Shown here: piece by piece, positions 8,551 through 17,351 of the stretch
Position numbering within the stretch: the first letter of the stretch is position 1
How the letters are laid out: each line of letters begins with the position of its first letter
DNA from: Candidatus Kuenenia stuttgartensis
GTDB taxonomy: Bacteria > Planctomycetota > Planctomycetia > Pirellulales > UBA1268
Reading direction: 5' to 3'
DNA: 64,000 nt
Assembly: GCA_945870505.1 (NCBI GenBank)
Contig: CAMBSN010000001.1
Location: 4,795 to 68,794, forward strand
Translations under genes and position numbers: made by a program
Notes under the pieces: model-generated
The model's input: the letters and a program-made list of their open reading frames with translations, nothing else
Told to the model about the DNA's origin: nothing
Database searches by the model: none

Positions 8551-9633
8551 ATGGCGATTCGCCCATCGAGTTTTGCGTCGGCCGACTCTGCCGTTCGCGA
8601 TCCGCGCGGTGGGTCGCTTGATCCCGCGGTGGTCGTCGATGCGTCGGGTGGTACCCGGCTCTCGACCGCAGGTGAATCGACCAACTGGGTGCTCGGCAAC
8701 AGTGCGGCGATGCGCCGGATCGCGAAGTCGATCGAGCGAGCCGCCGAGGTCGAGTGCACGGTCCTCGTCTGCGGTGAAACCGGCACGGGCAAGGAACTCT
8801 GGGCCAGGCTGCTCCACCGCAGCGGTCCGCGCCGCAACAAGGCCTTCATTCCGGTCAACTGCGCGGCCCTCACGCCGTCGCTTGCGGAAAGCCAACTCTT
8901 CGGCCACGAGAAGGGTTCGTTCACCGGTGCCAACGGGCGTTCGCTCGGTATCTTCCGGGCCGCCGAGGGTGGCATGGTGTTTCTCGACGAGATCGGGGAG
9001 ATGCCGCATGAACTGCAGTCCAAACTGCTTCGCGTGCTGCAGCAGCGCGAGGTGCTCCCCGTCGGCGCCAACGAGCCTGAGCCCATCGATGTGCAGATTG
9101 TCGCGGCCACCAATCGCGACCTCGAAAAAGAGGTCGAGAAGGGAACATTCCGCGAGGATCTCTACTACCGCCTCAACATGATCGAGCTACGGGTGCCGTC
9201 GCTCCGTGAACGGGCCGAGGACATCCCGTCGTACATCGAGTTCTTCTCGATGAAGTTCGCCGATCGTTACCGGCTGCCGAAGTGGAGTCCGAGTGCAGAG
9301 GCGCTCGCCGAGTTCTGCTCGTTCGAGTGGCCGGGCAACGTCCGCCAACTTGAGCACGTGATCGAGCAGGCCTACGTCCTGCAAATGGAGCCCAAGGTTC
9401 CGACGCGGAAGTCGGCAGAGGGTGGGACCACGGGGGTTGCCGTCCCCGGACGCCTGCCCTGCCTCGACCTTGCCAAACTCCGAGAGCAGGCGATCCGCGA
9501 GGCCCTGCAGATGACCCGCGGCCACAAGGCGAATGCTGCCAAGCTTCTTGGCGTCCACGCCAACACGATGACGCGGCTGCTCAAGGAAATCGAGGGCGGC
9601 GAGTCCGCAACCGACGACGACTCGGCCGCCTAG
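8551..9633 (+). CDS. Sigma-54-dependent transcriptional activator (bEBP) lacking an N-terminal sensory/receiver domain
   Basis: AAA+ core: Walker A GETGTGKE; sigma-54 contact loop GHEKGSFTGA (GAFTGA variant); Walker B MVFLDEIGEM; RVLQQREV. C-terminal Fis-type HTH GHKANAAKLLGVHANTMTRLLKEI. Only about 55 aa precede the AAA+ domain. Confidence 0.85.
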   Translation: MAIRPSSFASADSAVRDPRGGSLDPAVVVDASGGTRLSTAGESTNWVLGNSAAMRRIAKSIERAAEVECTVLVCGETGTGKELWARLLHRSGPRRNKAFIPVNCAALTPSLAESQLFGHEKGSFTGANGRSLGIFRAAEGGMVFLDEIGEMPHELQSKLLRVLQQREVLPVGANEPEPIDVQIVAATNRDLEKEVEKGTFREDLYYRLNMIELRVPSLRERAEDIPSYIEFFSMKFADRYRLPKWSPSAEALAEFCSFEWPGNVRQLEHVIEQAYVLQMEPKVPTRKSAEGGTTGVAVPGRLPCLDLAKLREQAIREALQMTRGHKANAAKLLGVHANTMTRLLKEIEGGESATDDDSAA

Positions 9634-9643
9634 TTCTTTCCGA

Positions 9644-10546
9644 CTAGTTCTTTCCCACTGGCCCGCTTTTCGGGTCTCTAGTTGCTGCGTCGCCGCTAGG
9701 TGCGGCTTGCTGGGCCGGCGCCTCCTCGGGCTTGGAAGGTGTCAGCGGCTTTGGCGGCGCCGGCTTTTTCTCCACGGGCCGCGGCCGGTCGTCGTGGTTG
9801 AGTGCCGACGTCCAGCAGCCGCACACATACTTGTCGATCATCCCGATCCGTCGCATGCGATCTCCGTCGACGTCGGTGTAGTACAGGTCGTTCGTGAAGG
9901 CGCCATTTTCATCGAGGTCGCGAAACCGGTCGGCCTCCGTCGGCGTCGCGTCGCCGTCCATGTCGAGCCAGGGCTCGCTGGTCAAGCCTGCCGAGAGAAT
10001 CGACGATCGTGACACCGGCTCGCCGTGGAGCACGAGCGAACGCCCCTCGTGCCAGTCGCCGGCGAACAGCCCACCCGCCTCGAGTGCGATCCGGCCGGCG
10101 TCGAGGAACATCCTATCGCCAACTGGCTTGAGCCCCGAAAGGAGCGGGAGCATCGAGAAGGTGACGAGCGCCCCGCCCGCCACCAGCAGGCCGCCGAGCC
10201 CTCCGGCGACTGCCCCACAGACGCGGTTGGCGACCGCGACGGCGGCCTCGCCGTCATCCAGGGGCTGGTCTTCCTCGTCGCGGTGCAACCCGCGGCGGAT
10301 CAGGGCGAACGTGCCCCAGAGCAGTCCTGCAAACACGACCAGCATGATCCACGACTGGGGCACAAGCGGCCCCAGAACCATCTGAATACCGGCATCGACG
10401 AGGCCGGCGACCGGTTCGTGAGCCACCGTCGCAACGGTCAGGCAGGCCAGGAGCTCGAGCGCTGCCACGACCGCCGCCAGAAGGCCGTGGCGGAAGCCCA
10501 GCCAGCCGCAGCCGAGCACGCTGGCGATCACGAGAAGGTCGTACAT
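9644..10546 (-). CDS. CvpA-like integral membrane protein with Asp-rich (DxDxDG-like) C-terminal region
   Basis: N-terminal hydrophobic helices (MYDLLVIASVLGCGWLGFRHGLLAAVVAALELLACLTV...). C-terminal DMDGDATPTEADRFRDLDENGAFTNDLYYTDVDGD and a Pro/Lys-rich tail. Starts 37 bp downstream of the GspE-like gene on the same strand. Confidence 0.5.
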   Translation of the reverse strand: MYDLLVIASVLGCGWLGFRHGLLAAVVAALELLACLTVATVAHEPVAGLVDAGIQMVLGPLVPQSWIMLVVFAGLLWGTFALIRRGLHRDEEDQPLDDGEAAVAVANRVCGAVAGGLGGLLVAGGALVTFSMLPLLSGLKPVGDRMFLDAGRIALEAGGLFAGDWHEGRSLVLHGEPVSRSSILSAGLTSEPWLDMDGDATPTEADRFRDLDENGAFTNDLYYTDVDGDRMRRIGMIDKYVCGCWTSALNHDDRPRPVEKKPAPPKPLTPSKPEEAPAQQAAPSGDAATRDPKSGPVGKN

Positions 10547-10583
10547 GGCAAGTCCGGTCGTGGGGTGGAAATAACGGGTCGGG

Positions 10584-12362
10584 TCAGCCGGTCACCCGCA
10601 GGATCTCATTGACGGTGGTGTCGCCGTGCACGACCTTCGTCAGGCCGTCGATCTGCATGGTGAGCGTGCCATTGAGCACGGCGGCCGCCTTGAGGTCGCG
10701 AGCCGAGGGCTTGTCCGTGATCAACTTGCGGATCTGGTCGTTCATCACGAGCAACTCGTGCACGGGCACGACGCCGTGGAATCCGGTCTGACCGCACGCG
10801 TCGCATCCCTTTTCCTTGTAGATGTGCTTGATGGCGCCCGGCTTCAGGTTGAACTTCCGCACCAGTGACTCGGGTGGCTCGCAAGGCACCTTACACTTGG
10901 GGCAGAGCCTGCGAGCGAGCCGCTGCGCCAGGATGGCCGTCACTGCCGTCTGCACGAGCATCGGCTCAACACCCAGGTCGAGCAGCCTCATGAGCGCGTC
11001 AATGGTGTCACGGGCCTCGAAGGTGGCGAACACGAAGTGCCCCGTGAGGGCCGCCTGCATCGCGATCTCGCTGGTCTTGCGATCGTCGAGATCGCCAATC
11101 ATCACGACATCCGGGTCCTTCCGCATTACCATCTGCAACACGCTGGCAACCGTTGCACCACCGGCCAGATCCACCTCGATCTGGACGATGTCGTCGAGCG
11201 GTTGCTGCACCGACGCCTCGACCGTCATGATCTTTCGTTTCCTGGCGTCGAGTTCCCGGAGGGCTGCGTAGAGCGTCGTCGTGCGCCCGGCTCCGCTCGG
11301 CCCCACCACCAGCAGCATGCCATAGGGCCTGGAGACGGCCTCGCGGAGCTGGGCGAGGAGCTTGGGGCGAAATCCCAGGGATTCGAGCCCACGCTGATGC
11401 TGGGCCGCATCGGCCCGCTTGAGCCGCAAGAGCATCCGCTCACCAGTGGCTGGGCCCGTCGACTCGACATCAATCTGATACCGCACGCCCCGCAGCAGCA
11501 CGCCGAAAGTCCCCTTTCGGCTCGTGTCGGTATCGGTACCAGCCATGTCGGCCATCACCTTGAGCGTTGCCATCACCCCTCGGGCCTCATCGCTGCCGAT
11601 TTTCTCCAGGCTCTTGTCGCTGCCGCGCGCATGAGCCTTCACTTCGTAGCGGTTATCGGCGGGCTCGAAACTGAGCGTCGCGGCGTTGGCGCGGATGATC
11701 GACTGCAGCAGCTGCTGCGCCTTGAGCACATTCGGTGACACCCGGGTTTCGGGTTTGCCACCCGGCGCAATCGTCATCACGACGGTGCCGTCCTTCTTGA
11801 GGAAGCTGAAGGCGTCGGCTGGTATGATCGCCTTGCCTTTGCGCTTCCCCGACTTTGTCTTCGCGGTGGTTCCGGTCAGTCGCCGTCGCCAGCCACCGAT
11901 CAGGTCAGCGACCTGTTCCTTGAGGCTCCGGGGCGGGCCTCTGTCGGCCGCCCCCGTGGTCCATGGTGCGACGTGCGGCCGGAGCTCAGCCGCCAGATTC
12001 CTGAGCCCTCCCTTGGCCAGCACGCGACGGCCTTCCGGCAATCCTGCATCCTTGGCACGGATGAAGAGAATGGTTGCGACCGCCAGGCAGACTGCGACCG
12101 CCGGCACCGACCACGGAATCCTCAGCACACAGCTCGCCAGCAGCGCCAGGCCGATGACCCCAAAGGTCAGATTCCAGCGACCAGCCTCGTCGGCCCCCAA
12201 AGCCTCGCCCGTTCTCCGCACCCAACCCGCGGCGATGATGCAGGCGGCGATCGCGAGACACAGGCCCATCGTCAGAGCGAGCGGTCCCCAGGGAACAGCC
12301 TGAAACGACGGCACCTCAATCGCGGCCAGCGGGACGAGCGCCGCCGGATCCCGTATCACCAT
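10584..12362 (-). CDS. Membrane-anchored GspE/PilB-family (type II/IV secretion ATPase-like) protein with degenerate catalytic motifs
   Basis: The C-terminal half aligns by eye with secretion ATPases: LLVVGPSGAGRTTTLYAAL, DPDVVMIGDLDD, ALTGHFVFATFEARD, RLCPKCKVPC...KGCDACGQTGFHG. N-terminal hydrophobic helices are LALTMGLCLAIAACIIAAGWV, LTFGVIGLALLASCVL and AVAVCLAVATILFI. Start is ATG 12362, with alternative ATG 12395. The ORF-track start at 12845 overlaps the upstream gene. Confidence 0.8.
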   Translation of the reverse strand: MVIRDPAALVPLAAIEVPSFQAVPWGPLALTMGLCLAIAACIIAAGWVRRTGEALGADEAGRWNLTFGVIGLALLASCVLRIPWSVPAVAVCLAVATILFIRAKDAGLPEGRRVLAKGGLRNLAAELRPHVAPWTTGAADRGPPRSLKEQVADLIGGWRRRLTGTTAKTKSGKRKGKAIIPADAFSFLKKDGTVVMTIAPGGKPETRVSPNVLKAQQLLQSIIRANAATLSFEPADNRYEVKAHARGSDKSLEKIGSDEARGVMATLKVMADMAGTDTDTSRKGTFGVLLRGVRYQIDVESTGPATGERMLLRLKRADAAQHQRGLESLGFRPKLLAQLREAVSRPYGMLLVVGPSGAGRTTTLYAALRELDARKRKIMTVEASVQQPLDDIVQIEVDLAGGATVASVLQMVMRKDPDVVMIGDLDDRKTSEIAMQAALTGHFVFATFEARDTIDALMRLLDLGVEPMLVQTAVTAILAQRLARRLCPKCKVPCEPPESLVRKFNLKPGAIKHIYKEKGCDACGQTGFHGVVPVHELLVMNDQIRKLITDKPSARDLKAAAVLNGTLTMQIDGLTKVVHGDTTVNEILRVTG

Positions 12363-12468
12363 GAAGATTCCCGGACTGCCGCAGCCAACATGCATGGATG
12401 AATCCGCGTCGGCCGCTGCCGCACCTACTCCTGTTCGCGGACGAAAGTATACCTCCAACGACAACTCT

Positions 12469-14334
12469 TCATCCCGGCTCGCGCGGTGCCTCCGGCGGCG
12501 CGGGAAATGCCCGCGTCGGCTCAAGGTCGGCGGCGGCCGCCTGGGCCCGGAGCGTCTCGCCGAGACGTGCCCAGACCCGCGAACGGATCGTGTCGGGCGT
12601 CCAGGCCCAAATCCGGGCGCGCATGAGCACTGGCGTCGAAGCCTGTCGCATCGCACTTTCGTACGACGCATCCACGATTTCCGGAAACGGCGGAAGCTTC
12701 GCTTCCTTGGCGACGTGCTTCGTGCCCGGAGCGCTGGCGGCGTACCGCCGATCGTAGACCGAATACGCCAACTGCATGAACCGGTTGAAGGTGTCGAGCC
12801 GTCCTTTGGCGAGGCCGTCGAGCATGGCCCGTTGCACCATGGCATCGAGAAACTGCCGTGTGTTGGACACGTCGATGTCCATCACGCCCCCAAGCCGCAT
12901 CGCCAGGAACCCTTCCAGTCCCTCAGTGTAGAGCGGTTGGTCGCCGCGTCCGGAATCACTGGCGATGGTCACGAGCTTGCCAAAGCAGCCGGCGGCCTGG
13001 GCTTCATCGCCGTAGAGGTAGGAAAACACCGTTGCCTGCTCCAGGAATGACTCGTACCCGCGAAGCAGGTCATCGATGGTCGCGCGGCCAAACTCCGCGG
13101 CCGAGACACCTTCTGCCGACTGGATCGACTGCACCGCGTTCTGCATCCCACGCTCATAGCCGTCGATGAACCGTGGATCGGGCAGGACGTCGAGCCGGTC
13201 CGAGAGCGGGTCGAATTCGATCCGCCCCGTCCGCATCAAATGCTGAAGGTTGCCCAGCCGCGTGCGGATGATCGTCAACTCGTTGAGCTGTTCGCGATGC
13301 CTTCCCTCGCGGCCGATCGCGATGCCTCGTTCCGCCCAGTAGATGCCGTGGGCATGGGGATGCCCCCAGTCCAATGGCCCATACCGCTCCATCTGCTTGA
13401 GCATGAACTCGGGCGACATGCGGTAGCGGTCGATCAGCACGCGTTTCTGTAGATGGGGCACGAGCCGATCGAAGACCGCCTGCGAGAGCCGCGGGTCGGC
13501 AAGCAGAGCGGTGAGCAGATCGCGGTTAGTGCCCGTCGGCAGCGCCTTCCCAGCGAGGAGTTGTGTGTCGAGCGACGCATCGTAGAGGGCCGCGCGGCCG
13601 AACATGCGGAGAAGGTTTTCGTCTGGCTTCTCCCCGTGCTCGGCCAGGAGCGCGAGGGCATCGGCAACGTCACGATCTTCCCGGAACGACTCCTGATCGT
13701 CCGGGGCCGAGGCAATCCGACGAAACCGCTCGATGGCCTCGGCCGTCGTCCGGCCGCCGGTCAGGTCACCGAGCAACTCCCGAAACTCCCGCACGAGCCG
13801 GGCCTTGTAGTACCAGTGCTCACGGTCGGTTTTGCCGCCGATCTTGTGGAAGTAAATCCAGCCGAGTTCCATCGGCAGGTTCGCGTCGCCGGGATTGAGC
13901 GGAATGCCCTGACTCCGCAGCAGGTCGACACCGCGATTGATCCATTCCCACCGCTCGTCGGCTGACTTGGTGCACACCGAGATGTTGTAGGCGAGGTTCC
14001 AGGCCTGAAAGGCCCAGACCCGGGGAAACCGCGGCTGGAGCGCCGTAATCCACTGGGCGAGCGTCTGCGCTTCGAAGAACTCGCCGGCCTCCTGCAGGGC
14101 GTCGGCCCGCGCCCAGAGGACATCGACCGCCAGCCCGCGAAACGTGCCCAGCGCCGCCGTCGCGAGGGCCACGTGCGGCGGCATCCCCTTGGTGCCTTCC
14201 ATGGAAACGACGAGCCCAAGCGTCTCTCGCTGCCGTCCAATCGACCGGGCTGTCGCGCCGGCACCCACAAGGCAGGCGACGAGCAACGTCGCGGCGATCA
14301 CCTCGATGAAACGATCGGTCATGGGCCGCGGCAC
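12469..14334 (-). CDS. Hypothetical membrane-anchored protein (621 aa), no domain recognised
   Basis: Single N-terminal hydrophobic helix (FIEVIAATLLVACLVGAGA). The rest looks helical and Trp/Arg-rich (WAFQAWNLAYNISV, ERWEWINRGVDLLRSQGIPLNP, GHPHAHGIYWAERG). GC-rich third codon positions. Starts 9 bp after the upstream permease gene. GTG 14334 or ATG 14322. Confidence 0.6.
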   Translation of the reverse strand: MPRPMTDRFIEVIAATLLVACLVGAGATARSIGRQRETLGLVVSMEGTKGMPPHVALATAALGTFRGLAVDVLWARADALQEAGEFFEAQTLAQWITALQPRFPRVWAFQAWNLAYNISVCTKSADERWEWINRGVDLLRSQGIPLNPGDANLPMELGWIYFHKIGGKTDREHWYYKARLVREFRELLGDLTGGRTTAEAIERFRRIASAPDDQESFREDRDVADALALLAEHGEKPDENLLRMFGRAALYDASLDTQLLAGKALPTGTNRDLLTALLADPRLSQAVFDRLVPHLQKRVLIDRYRMSPEFMLKQMERYGPLDWGHPHAHGIYWAERGIAIGREGRHREQLNELTIIRTRLGNLQHLMRTGRIEFDPLSDRLDVLPDPRFIDGYERGMQNAVQSIQSAEGVSAAEFGRATIDDLLRGYESFLEQATVFSYLYGDEAQAAGCFGKLVTIASDSGRGDQPLYTEGLEGFLAMRLGGVMDIDVSNTRQFLDAMVQRAMLDGLAKGRLDTFNRFMQLAYSVYDRRYAASAPGTKHVAKEAKLPPFPEIVDASYESAMRQASTPVLMRARIWAWTPDTIRSRVWARLGETLRAQAAAADLEPTRAFPAPPEAPREPG

Positions 14335-14343
14335 CAGGGGGCT

Positions 14344-16185
14344 TCAGGTCGATGAACGGATGAGGTCGCGCCGCTCGAACAGGGCCCAGGCGGCCAGGCC
14401 AATCACGAGTGGGTAGATCAGTCCGATCCTCCACAGGCACGCCAGCACGTCGCTGGCCGGGATCAGCATCCCGGTTGAGAGCCTACCCACGGCATCAAAG
14501 TCAGAGAACGCCGGCGTCAGCCAGAGCGCGAGGTCGGTGACAAACCCGAACAGCATGCGGAAGGCCTCGTAGAACCGGAACTCGCTGGCCAGGGTTGCAG
14601 CCCGTCCCGCTCGCTCCACCACCGACCCCAGGAAGGATGTCGAGACCATGTTGTAGAGTCCCAGCGCGTCACGGAGAAAGCCGCTCCCGAGGGCCGTCGC
14701 ATAGACAACCAGCGACGCCAGGATCGCCATCGGTAGGCCCAGACAAGACGCCGCGGCAACCGCCACCGCCGCCACCATCGTGAGCTTGATCCAAACCACC
14801 GCCAGGCAGCGGATGAAGTTGCCGTCAAACCCGCCGGCCCGGTGGAGAATCCGCAGGCCATCGCCGGGAGAAAACGTAATCGTCGTTGGCTTTGTCTCGC
14901 CATCAGGAACGAGGTTTCGATTGGCGATGGTCAGTCGCAGATTGCCCTCCTCATCCACGGCCTCCACCGGCAGATCGAGAACGTGCACCGCCTGGGTGGG
15001 CAGGATCTGCTCCACGTGGTCACCGTCCATCACCGGCCACGGACGGTCATTGAGCCAGATCGCGAACCGCACGTCTGCCAGGTCGACCTCAACGTTGTAG
15101 GCCCGTGGCTTGAGTTGCAGCTGCAGCGTGGTGTCAGCCGTGCCTGCCGCCCGCCGCTTCGCGTCACCGAGACCTCGAAACACGTAGGTCGACACCGTAT
15201 CAGGCGTGACGGTATGCCACTGCCAGTCGTATTCCTGGCGAATCCGCCTGCGGGCAGCACCGGGATTCCTCTCGAAGGCGTCGGGCTCATCCTCCTCCAA
15301 CTGCTGGATCGCGGCGGCGATCGCCGCGTCGTATTCGACGGGGTTCGCGGGCTCTGGATCGAGGGCGATGCGGGCGGTGAGGACCTGCTCCGTCACAGCC
15401 GCGCGATCCTGCGGATCCGTCGCTTCCGTGCCGGCTAGCAGCCTCACGAACGTGGCCGTGCCCGCTCCCACCAGAGCGACCATCAGCAGGTCGAAGAGCG
15501 CGATCCCGAGCCACTTGCCCACCAGGTATTCCCACCGCTGCAACGGCTTGACGAGCGTCATGTGAATGCGGCCCGAGTCGATGTCGCCGCAGATCGAGCC
15601 GCACGCCAGGACGATGGTGAGTAACGAGAGGATCACGCCGGTGACGCCCAGCGACCAGCTCAGGAGAAACTGCACGCGGTAGTGCAGCCGCTCCGAGTGG
15701 TCGAGCGCCAGCGGCAGCGTGGGCACCAGCACGAGGACGAGCATCGCAAGCCCAAGCGACACCCGCATCCGCACGGCCTCGTCAACCACCGCGCGAGCCA
15801 CGCCGATGACGCCCGTCGAGCCTGAGAGCAGGAGATGAATACCGGCAAGCCCGAGCCAGCAGCCCGTCGCCATGCCAATCACGCCGGCCAGCCCGGTGGC
15901 CTCAAGTAGCCGGCCGTGCCGCACGAGAAACCAGACGGCAACCACGGCCGCGACGGTGGCGATGACGGCCGTCGCCTTCCGCCGCCACTGCGGCGTGGCC
16001 TGAAACTCCCGCCATGCCCACCAGGCACACAGGGCCGCAACGCAGGCCTGCACGACGATGCCGATGCCCACGCCAACACCCCGTGCACACGCCTCGGCGA
16101 CGAGACTGCCGACGGCAAGGAGAAGCAGGGGGCGTCCTGCACGGCGCCAGGGCTGAGCCGGTCTGTTCATCACGGCCACTGTCAC
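14344..16185 (-). CDS. ABC-2-type transporter permease-like protein with extra N-terminal helices and a large (~250 aa) soluble insert
   Basis: Polytopic at both ends. GDIDSGRIHMTLVKPLQRWEYLVGKWLG resembles the conserved loop of ABC-2 (NosY/GldF-like) permeases and is paralogous to TREIENKTVLTVVSKPVPRPVLVIGKYVG in 21864-22850. GTGA overlap with the ATPase gene (alternative ATG 16170). Confidence 0.6.
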   Translation of the reverse strand: MTVAVMNRPAQPWRRAGRPLLLLAVGSLVAEACARGVGVGIGIVVQACVAALCAWWAWREFQATPQWRRKATAVIATVAAVVAVWFLVRHGRLLEATGLAGVIGMATGCWLGLAGIHLLLSGSTGVIGVARAVVDEAVRMRVSLGLAMLVLVLVPTLPLALDHSERLHYRVQFLLSWSLGVTGVILSLLTIVLACGSICGDIDSGRIHMTLVKPLQRWEYLVGKWLGIALFDLLMVALVGAGTATFVRLLAGTEATDPQDRAAVTEQVLTARIALDPEPANPVEYDAAIAAAIQQLEEDEPDAFERNPGAARRRIRQEYDWQWHTVTPDTVSTYVFRGLGDAKRRAAGTADTTLQLQLKPRAYNVEVDLADVRFAIWLNDRPWPVMDGDHVEQILPTQAVHVLDLPVEAVDEEGNLRLTIANRNLVPDGETKPTTITFSPGDGLRILHRAGGFDGNFIRCLAVVWIKLTMVAAVAVAAASCLGLPMAILASLVVYATALGSGFLRDALGLYNMVSTSFLGSVVERAGRAATLASEFRFYEAFRMLFGFVTDLALWLTPAFSDFDAVGRLSTGMLIPASDVLACLWRIGLIYPLVIGLAAWALFERRDLIRSST

Positions 16186-17309
16186 GGCTGTCGGTTCGTG
16201 AGTCGATCGATGAGTGCCGTATCGACGGGTCCGGTGGCCTCAGCCACCGGCTCAACGGCCGTCGCGCCAGTAGTTGGCGTTGCCGATTCCACCTGAGGCG
16301 CTGGCTCAACGGCCGCAGCCTCCGAAGGTGCCGCTCCCGAACGAAGAAAGTCGGCAACCCGCCCTCCGGAGGTGGCCCCGCTGGTCCGGGCCCCTTCCGC
16401 ACGGGCCTGCTCGACGATCTCCAGAAAGAGCGACTCCATCCGTCGCCGCGGCCGCTCGACGTCAACAGAGTCGATCCCGTGCCGCTCAAGCACACCGCGG
16501 ACCTCGGCCACCACCGCAGGCGGCAGGGCGGCGGTCCGGATCGTCGTGCAGTCCTCCTGCGCGAGCAGTTCGTCGCAGGTGCCCTCGGCCCGCACCCGGC
16601 CGCCAAACATGATCGCCACGCGGTCGCAGAGATCCTCGACGTCCGACAGCTGATGCGTGCAGAGCAGCACCGTCTTGCCGCGGCGCCCGAGGTCGGCGAT
16701 GAGATCCTTGATCTGCTTCGCCCCAACCGGATCCATCCCGCTGGTGGGCTCGTCGAGGATCAGCAGCTGCGGGTCGTTGATCAGGCTCTGGGCAAGCCCG
16801 ACCCGCCGCTGCATGCCCTTGGAAAACTCGCCCACTGGCCGGTGCTCGACCGCGTCGAGCCCCACCATCTCGAGAAGCATGTCGATCCGTTCGCGACGCA
16901 CCCGCGTGGGCAGGCGAAACAGCCGGCCGTAGTAGTCGAGCGTTTCCCGGGCCGACAGAAAGCGATAGAGGTAGCTCTCCTCTGGCAGGTAGCCGATCCG
17001 TTGCTTGGAGGCCACATCCCGCGGACGACGGCCAAGCACCGCGATCCGGCCCGATGTCGGCGAGATTAACCCGAGGATCATCTTGATGGTGGTGCTCTTC
17101 CCGGAACCGTTGGGACCGAGAAGCCCGTAGATCTGCCCGCGGCGGACCTCAAGGTCGACACCCTCCACGGCCCTGACCCGCGGCCGCAGCCAGAAGTCGC
17201 GAAACGTCTTGGTGAGCCCCGCGCACTTGATGTCGACACCATCGGCTGCGTCGACGGGCCGCCCGGGCGCGGTCTCGGGATCCTGCCGCTCGTTATCTGT
17301 CGCGATCAT
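16182..17309 (-). CDS. ABC transporter ATP-binding protein with Ala/Pro/Thr-rich C-terminal extension
   Basis: Walker A GLLGPNGSGKST, signature FSKGMQRRVGLAQ, Walker B LLILDEPTSGMD, H-loop LLCTHQL. Confidence 0.9.
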   Translation of the reverse strand: MIATDNERQDPETAPGRPVDAADGVDIKCAGLTKTFRDFWLRPRVRAVEGVDLEVRRGQIYGLLGPNGSGKSTTIKMILGLISPTSGRIAVLGRRPRDVASKQRIGYLPEESYLYRFLSARETLDYYGRLFRLPTRVRRERIDMLLEMVGLDAVEHRPVGEFSKGMQRRVGLAQSLINDPQLLILDEPTSGMDPVGAKQIKDLIADLGRRGKTVLLCTHQLSDVEDLCDRVAIMFGGRVRAEGTCDELLAQEDCTTIRTAALPPAVVAEVRGVLERHGIDSVDVERPRRRMESLFLEIVEQARAEGARTSGATSGGRVADFLRSGAAPSEAAAVEPAPQVESATPTTGATAVEPVAEATGPVDTALIDRLTNRQP

Positions 17310-17351
17310 CGCATCCTCCCTGCCGCCTCAAACCCGTGGCCGCATACCAAG

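Noticed and set aside
12363-12845. Upstream extension of the GspE-like ORF
   Set aside because: It overlaps the 3' end of the 621-aa gene and is Arg/Ser/Pro-rich.
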